Origin: Thermodesulfobacteriota bacterium
Lineage (GTDB): Bacteria; Desulfobacterota; WTBG01; JAGOGO01
Assembly (NCBI GenBank): GCA_026625185.1
Contig: CP113000.1
Span: 2,295,622 to 2,327,621 of the forward strand
Direction: 5' to 3'
Length of the DNA: 32,000 nt
Below are positions 7,836 to 16,023 of the stretch, piece by piece (the stretch's first letter is position 1; each line of letters starts with the position of its first letter). Made by a program: the position numbers and the translations under genes. The notes below the pieces were generated by a model. It ran no database searches, was not told where the DNA came from, and saw nothing but the letters and a program-made list of their open reading frames with translations.

Positions 7836-9005
7836 ATGAAATTCGCAATAAAGAGAAAAGTATTGTTGGAAGGTCTTGAGATTGTCAAGGACTCAGTGGG
7901 GAAACAGACTTCTTTGCCGATTCTGAAAAATGTCAAACTGAAAGCCCAAGGAGAAGCCCTTGAACTTTTTACTACCAACCTTTCCATTGGGACCATGGTT
8001 TTACTTAAGGATTTGACAATAGCTGAAGAGGGTGAGGCATTATGCGACGCATTAAAGTTGATGGCCATTGTAAAGGAACTTCCGGAAAATGACTTGAGGA
8101 TCGAGATCGAAGAAAAGGGACATCTAAGGGTGAAATGCGAGAAATCTCATTTTAAGCTCCTGACCATGCCGCCGGAAGAATTTCCTTGCTTGCCGGAGGT
8201 TCCTGAAAAGGAATTCTTTCCCCTCGGAGAACGATTCTTTCAGTATCTAAGCAAGGTCAGATATGCGGCTTCAAAAGATGATCTGAGACACAGTCTCAAT
8301 GGCGTTTTTATGGGAGCAGACGTGGTGGCAACCGACGGCCAACGAATGGCGGTATTGAGGAGAAACCTGGGATTTAACGATGTGCTTGTGCCACTGGAGT
8401 TTATCAGCCTCATCTTGAAACTTAAAAACAGAGAAAACGGGAATACCTTTCAAGCCGGGTGCTCCAACAACATAATTATCATCCGATCCGAAGGCCTCAG
8501 CTTATTTAGCCGGTTAATTGATGCGGAATTTCCCGATTACTCAAAGGCGATTCCCGATAATCATTCCCGATACGCTCTGATGCAAAGAAAGGATTTAATG
8601 CAGGCTCTTAAAAGGATCATGCTCATGAGCGGAAAAGACTATTCGGTGAGGTTCGAGTTTAACCCCTCCTCTCTCTTCCTTTCCTCCTTTAACCCTAACC
8701 TGGGGGATGCTTCTGAGGAAATGGAGATCGAATACCAATCAGAGAGGGATAAAACCTCCTTTATCATCGGCCTTAACGGAAAGTTCCTCCTGGATATGCT
8801 GGAGGTTTTGGATGAAGAGCGGGTCAAACTTCAGATGATAAGCGATGAATCACCCTTAATGATTGAAGAGCATGACTGCCTTCACGTCCTTATGCCCATT
8901 CAGTTGCTTAATATTGAATCGGAGGCTCAATCTGAAACTAACTTTGAGCTTGACAGTGATCCCGAGCCGGAACCGGAGTTTGTGGAAGAGGAGGAAGCAG
9001 CTTAA
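7836..9005 (+). CDS. dnaN: DNA polymerase III beta sliding-clamp paralogue with a C-terminal acidic extension
   Basis: MKFAIKRKVLLEGLEIVKDSVGKQTSLPILKNVKLKA...ELFTTNLSIG is a typical clamp N-terminus. VATDGQRMAV, FPDYSKAIP and the canonical end VLMPIQL are also present. ATG at 7836 follows AAAGGAG, so the listed 7749 start is an upstream extension. There is no dnaA, recF or gyrB context. Confidence 0.85.
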   Translation: MKFAIKRKVLLEGLEIVKDSVGKQTSLPILKNVKLKAQGEALELFTTNLSIGTMVLLKDLTIAEEGEALCDALKLMAIVKELPENDLRIEIEEKGHLRVKCEKSHFKLLTMPPEEFPCLPEVPEKEFFPLGERFFQYLSKVRYAASKDDLRHSLNGVFMGADVVATDGQRMAVLRRNLGFNDVLVPLEFISLILKLKNRENGNTFQAGCSNNIIIIRSEGLSLFSRLIDAEFPDYSKAIPDNHSRYALMQRKDLMQALKRIMLMSGKDYSVRFEFNPSSLFLSSFNPNLGDASEEMEIEYQSERDKTSFIIGLNGKFLLDMLEVLDEERVKLQMISDESPLMIEEHDCLHVLMPIQLLNIESEAQSETNFELDSDPEPEPEFVEEEEAA

Positions 9006-9089
9006 AAAAAGTTTAATGGTTCTTTCTTAAAAAATTAGGAGATGTCTAATTGATCTGTACCCTTTAAAGTAGACACGGAATAAAAAGGG

Positions 9090-9968
9090 TTAGGCTGAAC
9101 TTAAAAGATGATTTCTGTATTCAACAGGGGTCATCTTTTTTAAATTCCATTGCTGTCTTTTATAGTTATAGTATTTCACATATTCCCCGATAAGCCAATG
9201 CAGTTTTTCGAAGCTCTTGCATGATTGGTAATCCACATCGTCCTTGAGATGCCCGAAGAATGACTCAATCGGAGCGTTATCCAGGCAGTTTCCTTTTCTG
9301 GACATGGATTGCACCATTTTAAGCTTCTTGATCGTTTCAATGTACAGCGGATGGGTGTATTGGGAGCCTTGGTCGGAATGAATCATGGCTTCCTCTAATT
9401 TTGTAATGTTCGGATTCATTTTCAATTTCTCTATCGTGTTGATCACCAAGCTCATTCCCATGCATCCGGATAAATTCTAGGCGACCACCTCTCCGCTCGC
9501 CACGTCTTTGACCACCGAAAGATAGGCGAACCGGCGATTAAACATAATGTAGGTGATATCTGTGCAAAATACCTTGAAAGGGACTGCCTGGTTGAACCGC
9601 CTGTTCAATATGTTTCCAAACGTCCGGTGTTCCAAGGATTTCTTTATTATCGTCTGATATGGATTTTTCCTGCGTATTTTTGTGATCAAGTTGTACTTTT
9701 TCATAATGCGGACTATCTTTTTATGGTTCATGATTATTCCCTTTTTCAGCAGCTTCATTCGGATGGTTCTGAAGCCGTATTTCTTCCTTCCTTTTTCGAA
9801 TATCTGTTTAATGAGCAAATAATCATGATAGTCTTTTTCCGGCTCCGCGGAATGCTTCAGCCATCTGTAATATCCGCTTCTTGTGACCTTGGCGATGTCT
9901 GAGAGCATTTTCACATCCATTCCGAGTCTCTGGATGATTTTGCATTTTTGCTTCGGCTTGAGTATCAC
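9090..9968 (-). pseudogene. IS3-family transposase OrfB (HTH_21 plus DDE core) interrupted by one in-frame TAG
   Basis: ORFs 9477..9968 and 9090..9461 are in the same frame, separated only by TAG at 9477-9479: ...SGEVVA*NLSGCMGMSLVINTIEKL. Downstream motifs IHSDQGSQY and GNCLDNAPIESFFGHLK give the second D and the E of the DDE triad. Confidence 0.8.
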
Positions 9969-10372
9969 TCCGCTCGTTTGGCCCGGAGCTTGGCTAAAAA
10001 ATCGTTTTCGGCTTGGAGATAGGCTACCTTAGCCTCCAGTCTCTTGATTTTATCTTTGTCCGTCAAACCCTTTACCTTGGGCCGTCCTCCCAACTTGCCT
10101 CGGTTATCTGCGAGTCCTTCTATGCCTTTTAGTCTGTAAGCCCTGGACCATTGCTCCAAACATTTACGCGGCCTTTCTTCGCCAAGGACTTCCAGATCGA
10201 ATCCTGCTTTCCTGAATATTTCTTTAGGGGTTAAATATTGCTTCTGGTGTTCTCCTACTGCCCTGATCTTGAAATCAGTGCTGTAGGTGATTGTTTTTTC
10301 GCTGCACTGCAAGACATTTTCATTCTTCAAGAGATCCTCGATCTGATCCCTGGTAAATGTCCATTTGCTCAT
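9965..10372 (-). CDS. IS3-family transposase OrfA (HTH)
   Basis: 135 aa; ...GRPKVKGLTDKDKIKRLEAKVAYLQAENDFLAKLRAKRAE is a typical IS3/IS150-group OrfA C-terminus carrying the frameshift window. Confidence 0.85.
   Translation of the reverse strand: MSKWTFTRDQIEDLLKNENVLQCSEKTITYSTDFKIRAVGEHQKQYLTPKEIFRKAGFDLEVLGEERPRKCLEQWSRAYRLKGIEGLADNRGKLGGRPKVKGLTDKDKIKRLEAKVAYLQAENDFLAKLRAKRAE
9995..10001 (-). other. candidate -1 frameshift heptamer U UUU UUA in the second IS
   Basis: orfA reads GAT TTT TTA GCC. The -1 frame from this point (TTT TTT AGC CAA GCT CCG ... GTG ATA CTC AAG) is open into orfB. Confidence 0.5.
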
Positions 10373-10606
10373 ATGTTTGTTTATTTAATTAATTACATTT
10401 TACACCAAAAGAAAAAAGTGGACCTTTTTTTAAAGTGTCCACTTTTTGGGGTACAGATCAATGAACATCTCCTTTTTCTTATTCTGCTATTTTTTCTTTA
10501 GCTTGGGTTATATCACATCATCCTCAGGTCCAACGCTTAAACTGAGAGTTTGGCGCAGCTATGGGACAACATTTTTCGGTTCGTTGTTCACTTTTAGTTG
10601 GGCAAG

Positions 10607-12580
10607 TTAGATCAACCTTTCCTGGCTCTTCATCAGCCTATAATCCGTGGCAAGAGAATTATTCTGGCGCTTTTTGGGGTGGAAGGATTTTAAACTGTTT
10701 ATATTAAATGGCGTGTATTCGGGAATAATCTCTTTTAGCTTTGATTTGATACCCTCACCATCCTGCTTATGCGCAAGTTCGCTCAGTTCTTCAATCTTTT
10801 GGTTGAGCCAAGGGAGGTCACAGGTATTTCCTTTCAGGACAAATATTTTTTCATGAGGTGTTCGGACAATTCCTTCCCCTCCGGTAATTAACTCTTCGTG
10901 GAGTTTTTCACCCGGACGCAACCCTACGAACTCGATCTCAATATCAACATCAGGTTTGAACCCTGATTTCTGGATCAGACTTCGCGCCATGTCTACTATT
11001 TTGATGGGTGTTCCCATATCAAGAATAAATATTTCCCCGCCCTCACCCATGGCTCCGGCTTGAACAATAAGCTTACAAGACTCAGGGATGGTCATAAAAT
11101 ACCTAGTGATGTCAGGGTGAGTGACGGTGACCGGGCCAAACCGCTCAATCTGCTTCTTAAAAAGATGAACCACGCTTCCTTCGCTTCCAATCACATTGCC
11201 AAACCTGACGGACACAAAACGGTTCGGGTTTGAGGCATAGCAAGAGGTGATCATTTCCGCAATCCTTTTGGTTGCACCCATCACATTCGCCGGCCGAACC
11301 GCCTTATCGGTGGAGACCATAATAAATCGTTTCGTTCCAACCCGGTGAGAAGCTTCGACAATGTTTTTCGTCCCGACAATGTTATTATGAATGGCTTCCC
11401 AGGGATTCAATTCGACGATGGGAACATGTTTAAACGCTGCGGCATGGAACACCACCTGAGGTTCATACTTGGAAAAAAGTCTATTTAAAAAGTCACCGGA
11501 TTTCACATCTCCAAGAATTGGCGTGATGGAGGTTTCCGGAAATCTTTGGCAAAACTCCATCTCAATATGAAAAAGGCTGTTTTCAGTCTTATCGAAGAGA
11601 ATCAGGTTTTTGGGATGAAATTGGGCGATTTGACGGCACAGTTCGGACCCTATAGAACCCCCGGCTCCGGAAACGAAAACAACATTATCGGTGAGGTAGT
11701 CACCGATACTTTTCAGGTCGAGATTCACGGGATCTCGCCCCAATATATCTTCGAAAGAAACCTCCCGGATGGTTTTAAAAGAGACTTTTCCGTCAATCAG
11801 CTCCCCAATACCAGGGGTGGTACGAATCCTCAGGCCGGTTGCTTCACAATTCTCGATGATCCTCCGCATCTGTCTTGCAGAGGCGGAAGGAATGGCAATT
11901 AAAATCTCATCCATTTCGGCGTGGCTGGCCAGTTTATGAATTTTGGAAATCGAGCCCAAGACCGGTACCCCGTGAATCCTTTTCCCTTTCTTTTTGTGAT
12001 CATCATCTAAAAAACCCGCCACTTCATAATTTAGACGCGAGTTATCCCTGATCTCACGAAGAATTTTTTCGCCGGCATCACCTGCGCCAATAATCAATAA
12101 TCTCTTTTTTTCTTTGGGTGATTTTTTTCCAAAAAGAAGATGAAAAATTTGGTTTAAGGAAGGTAAGCCGTCCTCGTTTTCGGAGAGAAGAACTCTAATG
12201 GCAACCCTGATACCGCTAATGAAGAGAACGGATAGGAGCCAGTCTAACACAAATACCGAGCGGGGGAATCCCTCAAAGCGGTAGGTAAAAAGAATCGTAA
12301 GAATAATCAGTCCGGAGGAGATAGAGGTTGCCTTAAGTATATTTAAAAGATCCACCAGACTTGTATAGCGCCACATCCCTTTGTAAAGGCGAAAGAATAC
12401 GAAGACACACAGCTTGAACGGAAGAATAAAGAGGATAGTGGCTTTGAAATTTGACCACTCCTGATTAGGAATGTCCCCTTCAAACCGTATAAAATAGGCC
12501 AAAAAATAAGAAAACGTGACAAAAAAGCTGTCCAATAACAGCATCACGTAAAAGTTTTTGGTCCGAATTATATTACGCAT
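10607..12580 (-). CDS. membrane-anchored polysaccharide biosynthesis protein of CapD/PglF/WbpM type (UDP-HexNAc 4,6-dehydratase)
   Basis: Four N-terminal TM helices, then two Rossmann regions (LLIIGAGDAGEKI and VFVSGAGGSIGSELCRQI) and ...VSTDKAVRPANVMGATKRIAE. Length 657 aa. Confidence 0.9.
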   Translation of the reverse strand: MRNIIRTKNFYVMLLLDSFFVTFSYFLAYFIRFEGDIPNQEWSNFKATILFILPFKLCVFVFFRLYKGMWRYTSLVDLLNILKATSISSGLIILTILFTYRFEGFPRSVFVLDWLLSVLFISGIRVAIRVLLSENEDGLPSLNQIFHLLFGKKSPKEKKRLLIIGAGDAGEKILREIRDNSRLNYEVAGFLDDDHKKKGKRIHGVPVLGSISKIHKLASHAEMDEILIAIPSASARQMRRIIENCEATGLRIRTTPGIGELIDGKVSFKTIREVSFEDILGRDPVNLDLKSIGDYLTDNVVFVSGAGGSIGSELCRQIAQFHPKNLILFDKTENSLFHIEMEFCQRFPETSITPILGDVKSGDFLNRLFSKYEPQVVFHAAAFKHVPIVELNPWEAIHNNIVGTKNIVEASHRVGTKRFIMVSTDKAVRPANVMGATKRIAEMITSCYASNPNRFVSVRFGNVIGSEGSVVHLFKKQIERFGPVTVTHPDITRYFMTIPESCKLIVQAGAMGEGGEIFILDMGTPIKIVDMARSLIQKSGFKPDVDIEIEFVGLRPGEKLHEELITGGEGIVRTPHEKIFVLKGNTCDLPWLNQKIEELSELAHKQDGEGIKSKLKEIIPEYTPFNINSLKSFHPKKRQNNSLATDYRLMKSQERLI

Positions 12581-12716
12581 ACAAATGCTATCAGGTTTGT
12601 TTGATTAATTCAGTTGCTGGGGCTTATCTTGTTGGTTTGGCTTAAAATTAGGAATTTGAGATAAATAAAAAATCTGGTGAGGAAAAAATATTTTTTTAAT
12701 CTCAAACAAGACGGAT

Positions 12717-13298
12717 TTATATTCTGAAAATGGTTTTGAGTATGAGTCTTAGGTCAATCAATAGATTATGGTTGTCCACATACTGTGAGGCAAGCTTTAT
12801 TTTCTCAGGAAGGATTTTGCTGGAGTACTCCTTCTCCCAGTCTGCTGACCGTGAAAGGACGTCCTCTTCATCTGCATAGTATATGGATGCTGGGTCGGTT
12901 ATTCCTGGCCGCACAGAGAGGAGTTTTTGATAGTCAGATTTAAACAGTTCCACGTATTTTCCCACCTCTGGCCTTGGTCCGACAAAACTCATCTCGCCTT
13001 TTAAGACATTTATCAGCTGCGACAATTCATCGATCTTAGCCTTTCTCAGAAACCTTCCCATCCTTGTCACCCGATTGTCCCCACCCACGGTAATGGAGGA
13101 ACCTTTCTGAGAGGCACCTGAGATCATGGTCCTGAACTTGTAAATCCGGAAGGGCTTGAAGTGACGTCCTATCCTCTCCTGGCGGAAGAAGACAGGGCCT
13201 CTTGAATCGAGCTTTATCGCGAGAGCCACAACCAAGAAAAGCGGAAGCAAGACAAGAAGTCCGGTGATTGAAAAAAAAAGGTCAAAAAGTCGCTTCAT
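12717..13298 (-). CDS. small monotopic phosphoglycosyl transferase (bacterial sugar transferase, PglC/WbaP-C type); initiating enzyme
   Basis: MKRLFDLFFSITGLLVLLPLFLVVALAIKLDSRGPVFFRQERIG...YKFRTM...DELSQLINVLKGEMSFVGPRPE. Confidence 0.9.
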   Translation of the reverse strand: MKRLFDLFFSITGLLVLLPLFLVVALAIKLDSRGPVFFRQERIGRHFKPFRIYKFRTMISGASQKGSSITVGGDNRVTRMGRFLRKAKIDELSQLINVLKGEMSFVGPRPEVGKYVELFKSDYQKLLSVRPGITDPASIYYADEEDVLSRSADWEKEYSSKILPEKIKLASQYVDNHNLLIDLRLILKTIFRI

Positions 13299-13491
13299 TC
13301 TCTAAAAAGCTACTGACAAATACATAAGAAACCAATAAAGTTCACATAACTAAGTTTCGCTCAACGTCAATCCTTCCACCCCGGAAGTAGCGGGATCCGT
13401 CACGCTCATTATCAGAATTAACGGATTGAGTTGTGGGTCATTAAGCCAATCACGAACATAAAATCGAAACGCAGGAGCCTTGCCCAAGTCC

Positions 13492-13602
13492 TCTATCCTT
13501 CCTTATTATCGGGCTTTTTTTCTCTCTCGCCACGAATAAAATGCACATCATTACAACCCCAGCTACAAAGCCGAGTACTAAGCCAAGAATAAAATTGAGC
13601 AT
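13492..13602 (-). CDS. candidate mini-ORF encoding a single-TM peptide (about 36 aa)
   Basis: Strong RBS GGAGAGGAGG 5 nt before the ATG (13600-13602). MLNFILGLVLGFVAGVVMMCILFVAREKKSPII... Lies in an otherwise ORF-free 0.5-kb gap. The short length makes it unprovable from sequence alone. Confidence 0.3.
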
Positions 13603-13810
13603 GACGGCCTCCTCTCCGACAAAAAAACTCTTTTCATGGAATTGAAATCATATTCAGCGATTTTCATATTTGCATCGCTCGGTAAGCCTATGTCGTTTTC
13701 CTGACCACTTCAATCACCCTTACGCGCTCAGATTTCCCCTGCCCAAAAATTCGGCGATCTCCTCGTTCAATATGTCCTTGATGAACTTCCAGACCCTCAT
13801 TTCCTGATTG

Positions 13811-14983
13811 CTACCACCTCAGAACTTCTCGCACCGCATCAATTACGCGCGACTGGTCGGCATTCGTCATTCTGGAGTAAATCGGCAAGCTGACAGCTCT
13901 TTCGTACGCGTGCAGAGCATTCGGATAATCATCTGGCTTGAGCTTATATCGGTCGCGCCAGTAAGGATGAAGGTGGAGGGGGATAAAATGGACACTAGTA
14001 CCAATACCTTTTTCAGCCATCTTTTCGATAAATTCATCCCTAGATATGGTGAGTTTTTCCAGTTCCAGTTTAATCACGTAAAGATGCCAGGAATGGGTAT
14101 CCTCAGGTCTCACTACCTGAGGAGTTCTTAATGGTAAATCAGCAAAAGCTTCGGTATATCGTCTTGCTATTTCTTCCCTTCTCTTTTGGAAGCGTTCTAC
14201 TTTTTTGAGTTGGTGAATACCAATTGCAGCCATAATATCCGGCATATTATACTTAAAACCCGGCGCGACCACTTCGTAATACCAGTTTGGCTTCTTTGAA
14301 GTATAGCGGTCCCACACATCCCGATTAATGCCATGGAGCCGCATGATCTTGATGCGCCGAGCAATTTCTTCAGAGTTTGTGACCACCATCCCTCCCTCTC
14401 CGGTAACGAGAGGTTTGGTTGCATAAAAGCTAAATACGGTAGCATCTCCCAGAGTGCCAATTCTCCTTCCACGATAGGAAGAAGGGAGGGCATGGGCTGC
14501 GTCTTCAACCACTTTCAATCCATGGTGCCCAGCGATTTCCAAAATTGAGTCCATTTCACAAGCCTGACCTCCAAAATGAACCGGAATAATAGCCTTAAGC
14601 TTCGCGCCCGCAGCCTTGAGTGAAGCTATTTTTCTTTCGACCTGGGCCGGATCAATATTGAAGGTTTCCAGTTCGACATCAACAAAGACCGGATCAGCGC
14701 CTAAGTAGCGGATAACTTCCGCAGTGGCAGTAAAAGTATAAGGAGTAGTAATGATTTTGTCTCCAGGTATTACCCCGGTGGCTTCAAGCGCCAAGTGAAG
14801 CCCCGCAGTCCCTGAATTTACCGCAAGGGAGTATCGTACATTAATATACTCTGAAAAGGCTTGTTCAAATTGGGCAGTTTTGGGGCCGGTGGTAAGCCAT
14901 CCTGTGCGGAGACAGTTTGTCACCTCGGAAATTTCTTCTTCACCAATATCAGGGAGGGCAAAAGGAAGAAAATTTTCTTGCAT
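13811..14983 (-). CDS. DegT/DnrJ/EryC1/StrS-family PLP aminotransferase (PglE/WbpE-like sugar 4-aminotransferase)
   Basis: [17 protein letters not shown]...GWLTTGPKT..., [17 protein letters not shown] (the PLP-Lys region) and HLHPYW. I prefer the ATG at 14983, preceded by GGTGAGGTGG, to the listed start at 15001. Confidence 0.9.
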   Translation of the reverse strand: MQENFLPFALPDIGEEEISEVTNCLRTGWLTTGPKTAQFEQAFSEYINVRYSLAVNSGTAGLHLALEATGVIPGDKIITTPYTFTATAEVIRYLGADPVFVDVELETFNIDPAQVERKIASLKAAGAKLKAIIPVHFGGQACEMDSILEIAGHHGLKVVEDAAHALPSSYRGRRIGTLGDATVFSFYATKPLVTGEGGMVVTNSEEIARRIKIMRLHGINRDVWDRYTSKKPNWYYEVVAPGFKYNMPDIMAAIGIHQLKKVERFQKRREEIARRYTEAFADLPLRTPQVVRPEDTHSWHLYVIKLELEKLTISRDEFIEKMAEKGIGTSVHFIPLHLHPYWRDRYKLKPDDYPNALHAYERAVSLPIYSRMTNADQSRVIDAVREVLRW

Positions 14984-15018
14984 GATAAACCACCTCACCA
15001 AACTTTAATATTAAGTCT

Positions 15019-16011
15019 TTATTTTTTCAAAAGCAAAAAATCCAAGAGTCCTTTTATAAAACCTGTACCGTAACTGAGATGGAGCGTAGCAAACACTATA
15101 GGCATAATAGGCAAATATCTTATCCCGTTATTAATGGAAATATAAAGAGAAAAAAGAAAAGAGATAGAAAGATAACAAGCAAAAATCCCATAAAAAAAAT
15201 ATCCAAAAAGAGGTCTAAAAAAGGATAAAGTTGCGGTAGCAACAAGACTGGCTACCAAAAACGCAGGGACAAAATGTCTAAATGAAATAGATAAGTTATG
15301 TTTTTGTAAAACTTTTGGCTTGAAATAACCGTATTTAAAATACTGTCTCCAGACTTCTTTTAACGATTCCCTGGGAAAATAATACGATCGAATTTTTGGG
15401 GAAAGCAAAATTTTACCCCCTTTTTTTGCAATGCGCAGATTTAACTCATTGTCCTCACTGTAATGCATTTCTGGGTCGTAGGACCCAACTTTATCAAACA
15501 CCTGTCTTCTGAATGCCCCAAGATATACTGTATCGACATATTCTTTTTTGTCGGAATAATGAAATTTTCCGCGGCCAATACCAAAAACACTGCTGGTTGC
15601 AAAGGCTATAGCTTTTTGGAGATAGGTATCCCCTACGGGTCGCATCCCGCCACCCACATTATCTGCATCTGTGCACTCTAATGCCTTTATGCATTGTTCA
15701 ATATAGTCTTTTTCCAGATAGGAATGACCGTCAACCCTTACTATAAAATCGCCTGAGGCATTCTTAATGCCAAGATTAAGCGCGTCAATAGTATTCTGTT
15801 CAGGGTTCTTTAAAAGCTTTATATACCTAAATTGCCTGGAATATGACCTTACAATTTCAGGCGTTGCATCATCGGAGTTGCCGTCAATAACCAGAACCTC
15901 CAATAGGTCTTTGGAAATGGTCTGGTCGAGAATAGAATCGAGACATCTTCTGATGTAACTCCCTTCATTTCTCACCGGAAGGATTATAGTTATTAAAGGG
16001 TTATCTTTCAT
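15019..16011 (-). CDS. family 2 glycosyltransferase with C-terminal TM helices
   Basis: ITIILPVRNEGSYIRRCLDSILDQT, VIDGNSDDAT, VRVDGHS, then hydrophobic C-terminal segments. Confidence 0.85.
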   Translation of the reverse strand: MKDNPLITIILPVRNEGSYIRRCLDSILDQTISKDLLEVLVIDGNSDDATPEIVRSYSRQFRYIKLLKNPEQNTIDALNLGIKNASGDFIVRVDGHSYLEKDYIEQCIKALECTDADNVGGGMRPVGDTYLQKAIAFATSSVFGIGRGKFHYSDKKEYVDTVYLGAFRRQVFDKVGSYDPEMHYSEDNELNLRIAKKGGKILLSPKIRSYYFPRESLKEVWRQYFKYGYFKPKVLQKHNLSISFRHFVPAFLVASLVATATLSFFRPLFGYFFYGIFACYLSISFLFSLYISINNGIRYLPIMPIVFATLHLSYGTGFIKGLLDFLLLKK

Positions 16012-16023
16012 GTGTTATTGTGT

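Larger units (their letters stand above)
9037..10473 (-). mobile_element. IS3-family insertion sequence, unrelated to the first, with a nonsense-interrupted orfB
   Basis: About 50-bp imperfect terminal inverted repeats: 9037 AGGAGATGTCTAATTGATCTGTACCCTTTAAAGTAGACAC against the reverse complement of 10473, AGGAGATGTTCATTGATCTGTACCCCAAAAAGTGGACAC. Encloses orfA and orfB. Length 1437 bp. Confidence 0.85.

Noticed and set aside
6787-8068. Minus-strand ORFs 6787..6981, 6926..7225, 7553..8068 and 7618..7848
   Set aside because: They are antisense to the DUF932 and clamp genes, both of which have strong motif support.
9477-9479. TAG in orfB read as a sense codon (recoding or an alternative genetic code)
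   Set aside because: TAG terminates several well-supported genes in the window, at 629-631, 6253-6255, 13811-13813 and 20125-20127. A plain nonsense mutation is the simpler reading.
3233-10473. Classical composite transposon formed by the two IS elements
   Set aside because: The two elements differ in length, terminal repeats and protein sequences, so one transposase would not recognise both outer ends.
12655-12706. Inverted repeat TTTGAGAT...ATCTCAAA 11 nt downstream of the phosphoglycosyl transferase stop, considered as a terminator
   Set aside because: It has only an 8-bp A/T-rich stem with a 36-nt loop and no clean T-tract, and the next gene continues on the same strand. Not convincing.
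13720-13800. 26-aa minus-strand ORF MRVWKFIKDILNEEIAEFLGRGNLSA, vaguely like a transposase fragment
   Set aside because: It is too short, has no RBS, and the resemblance rests on about 6 residues.
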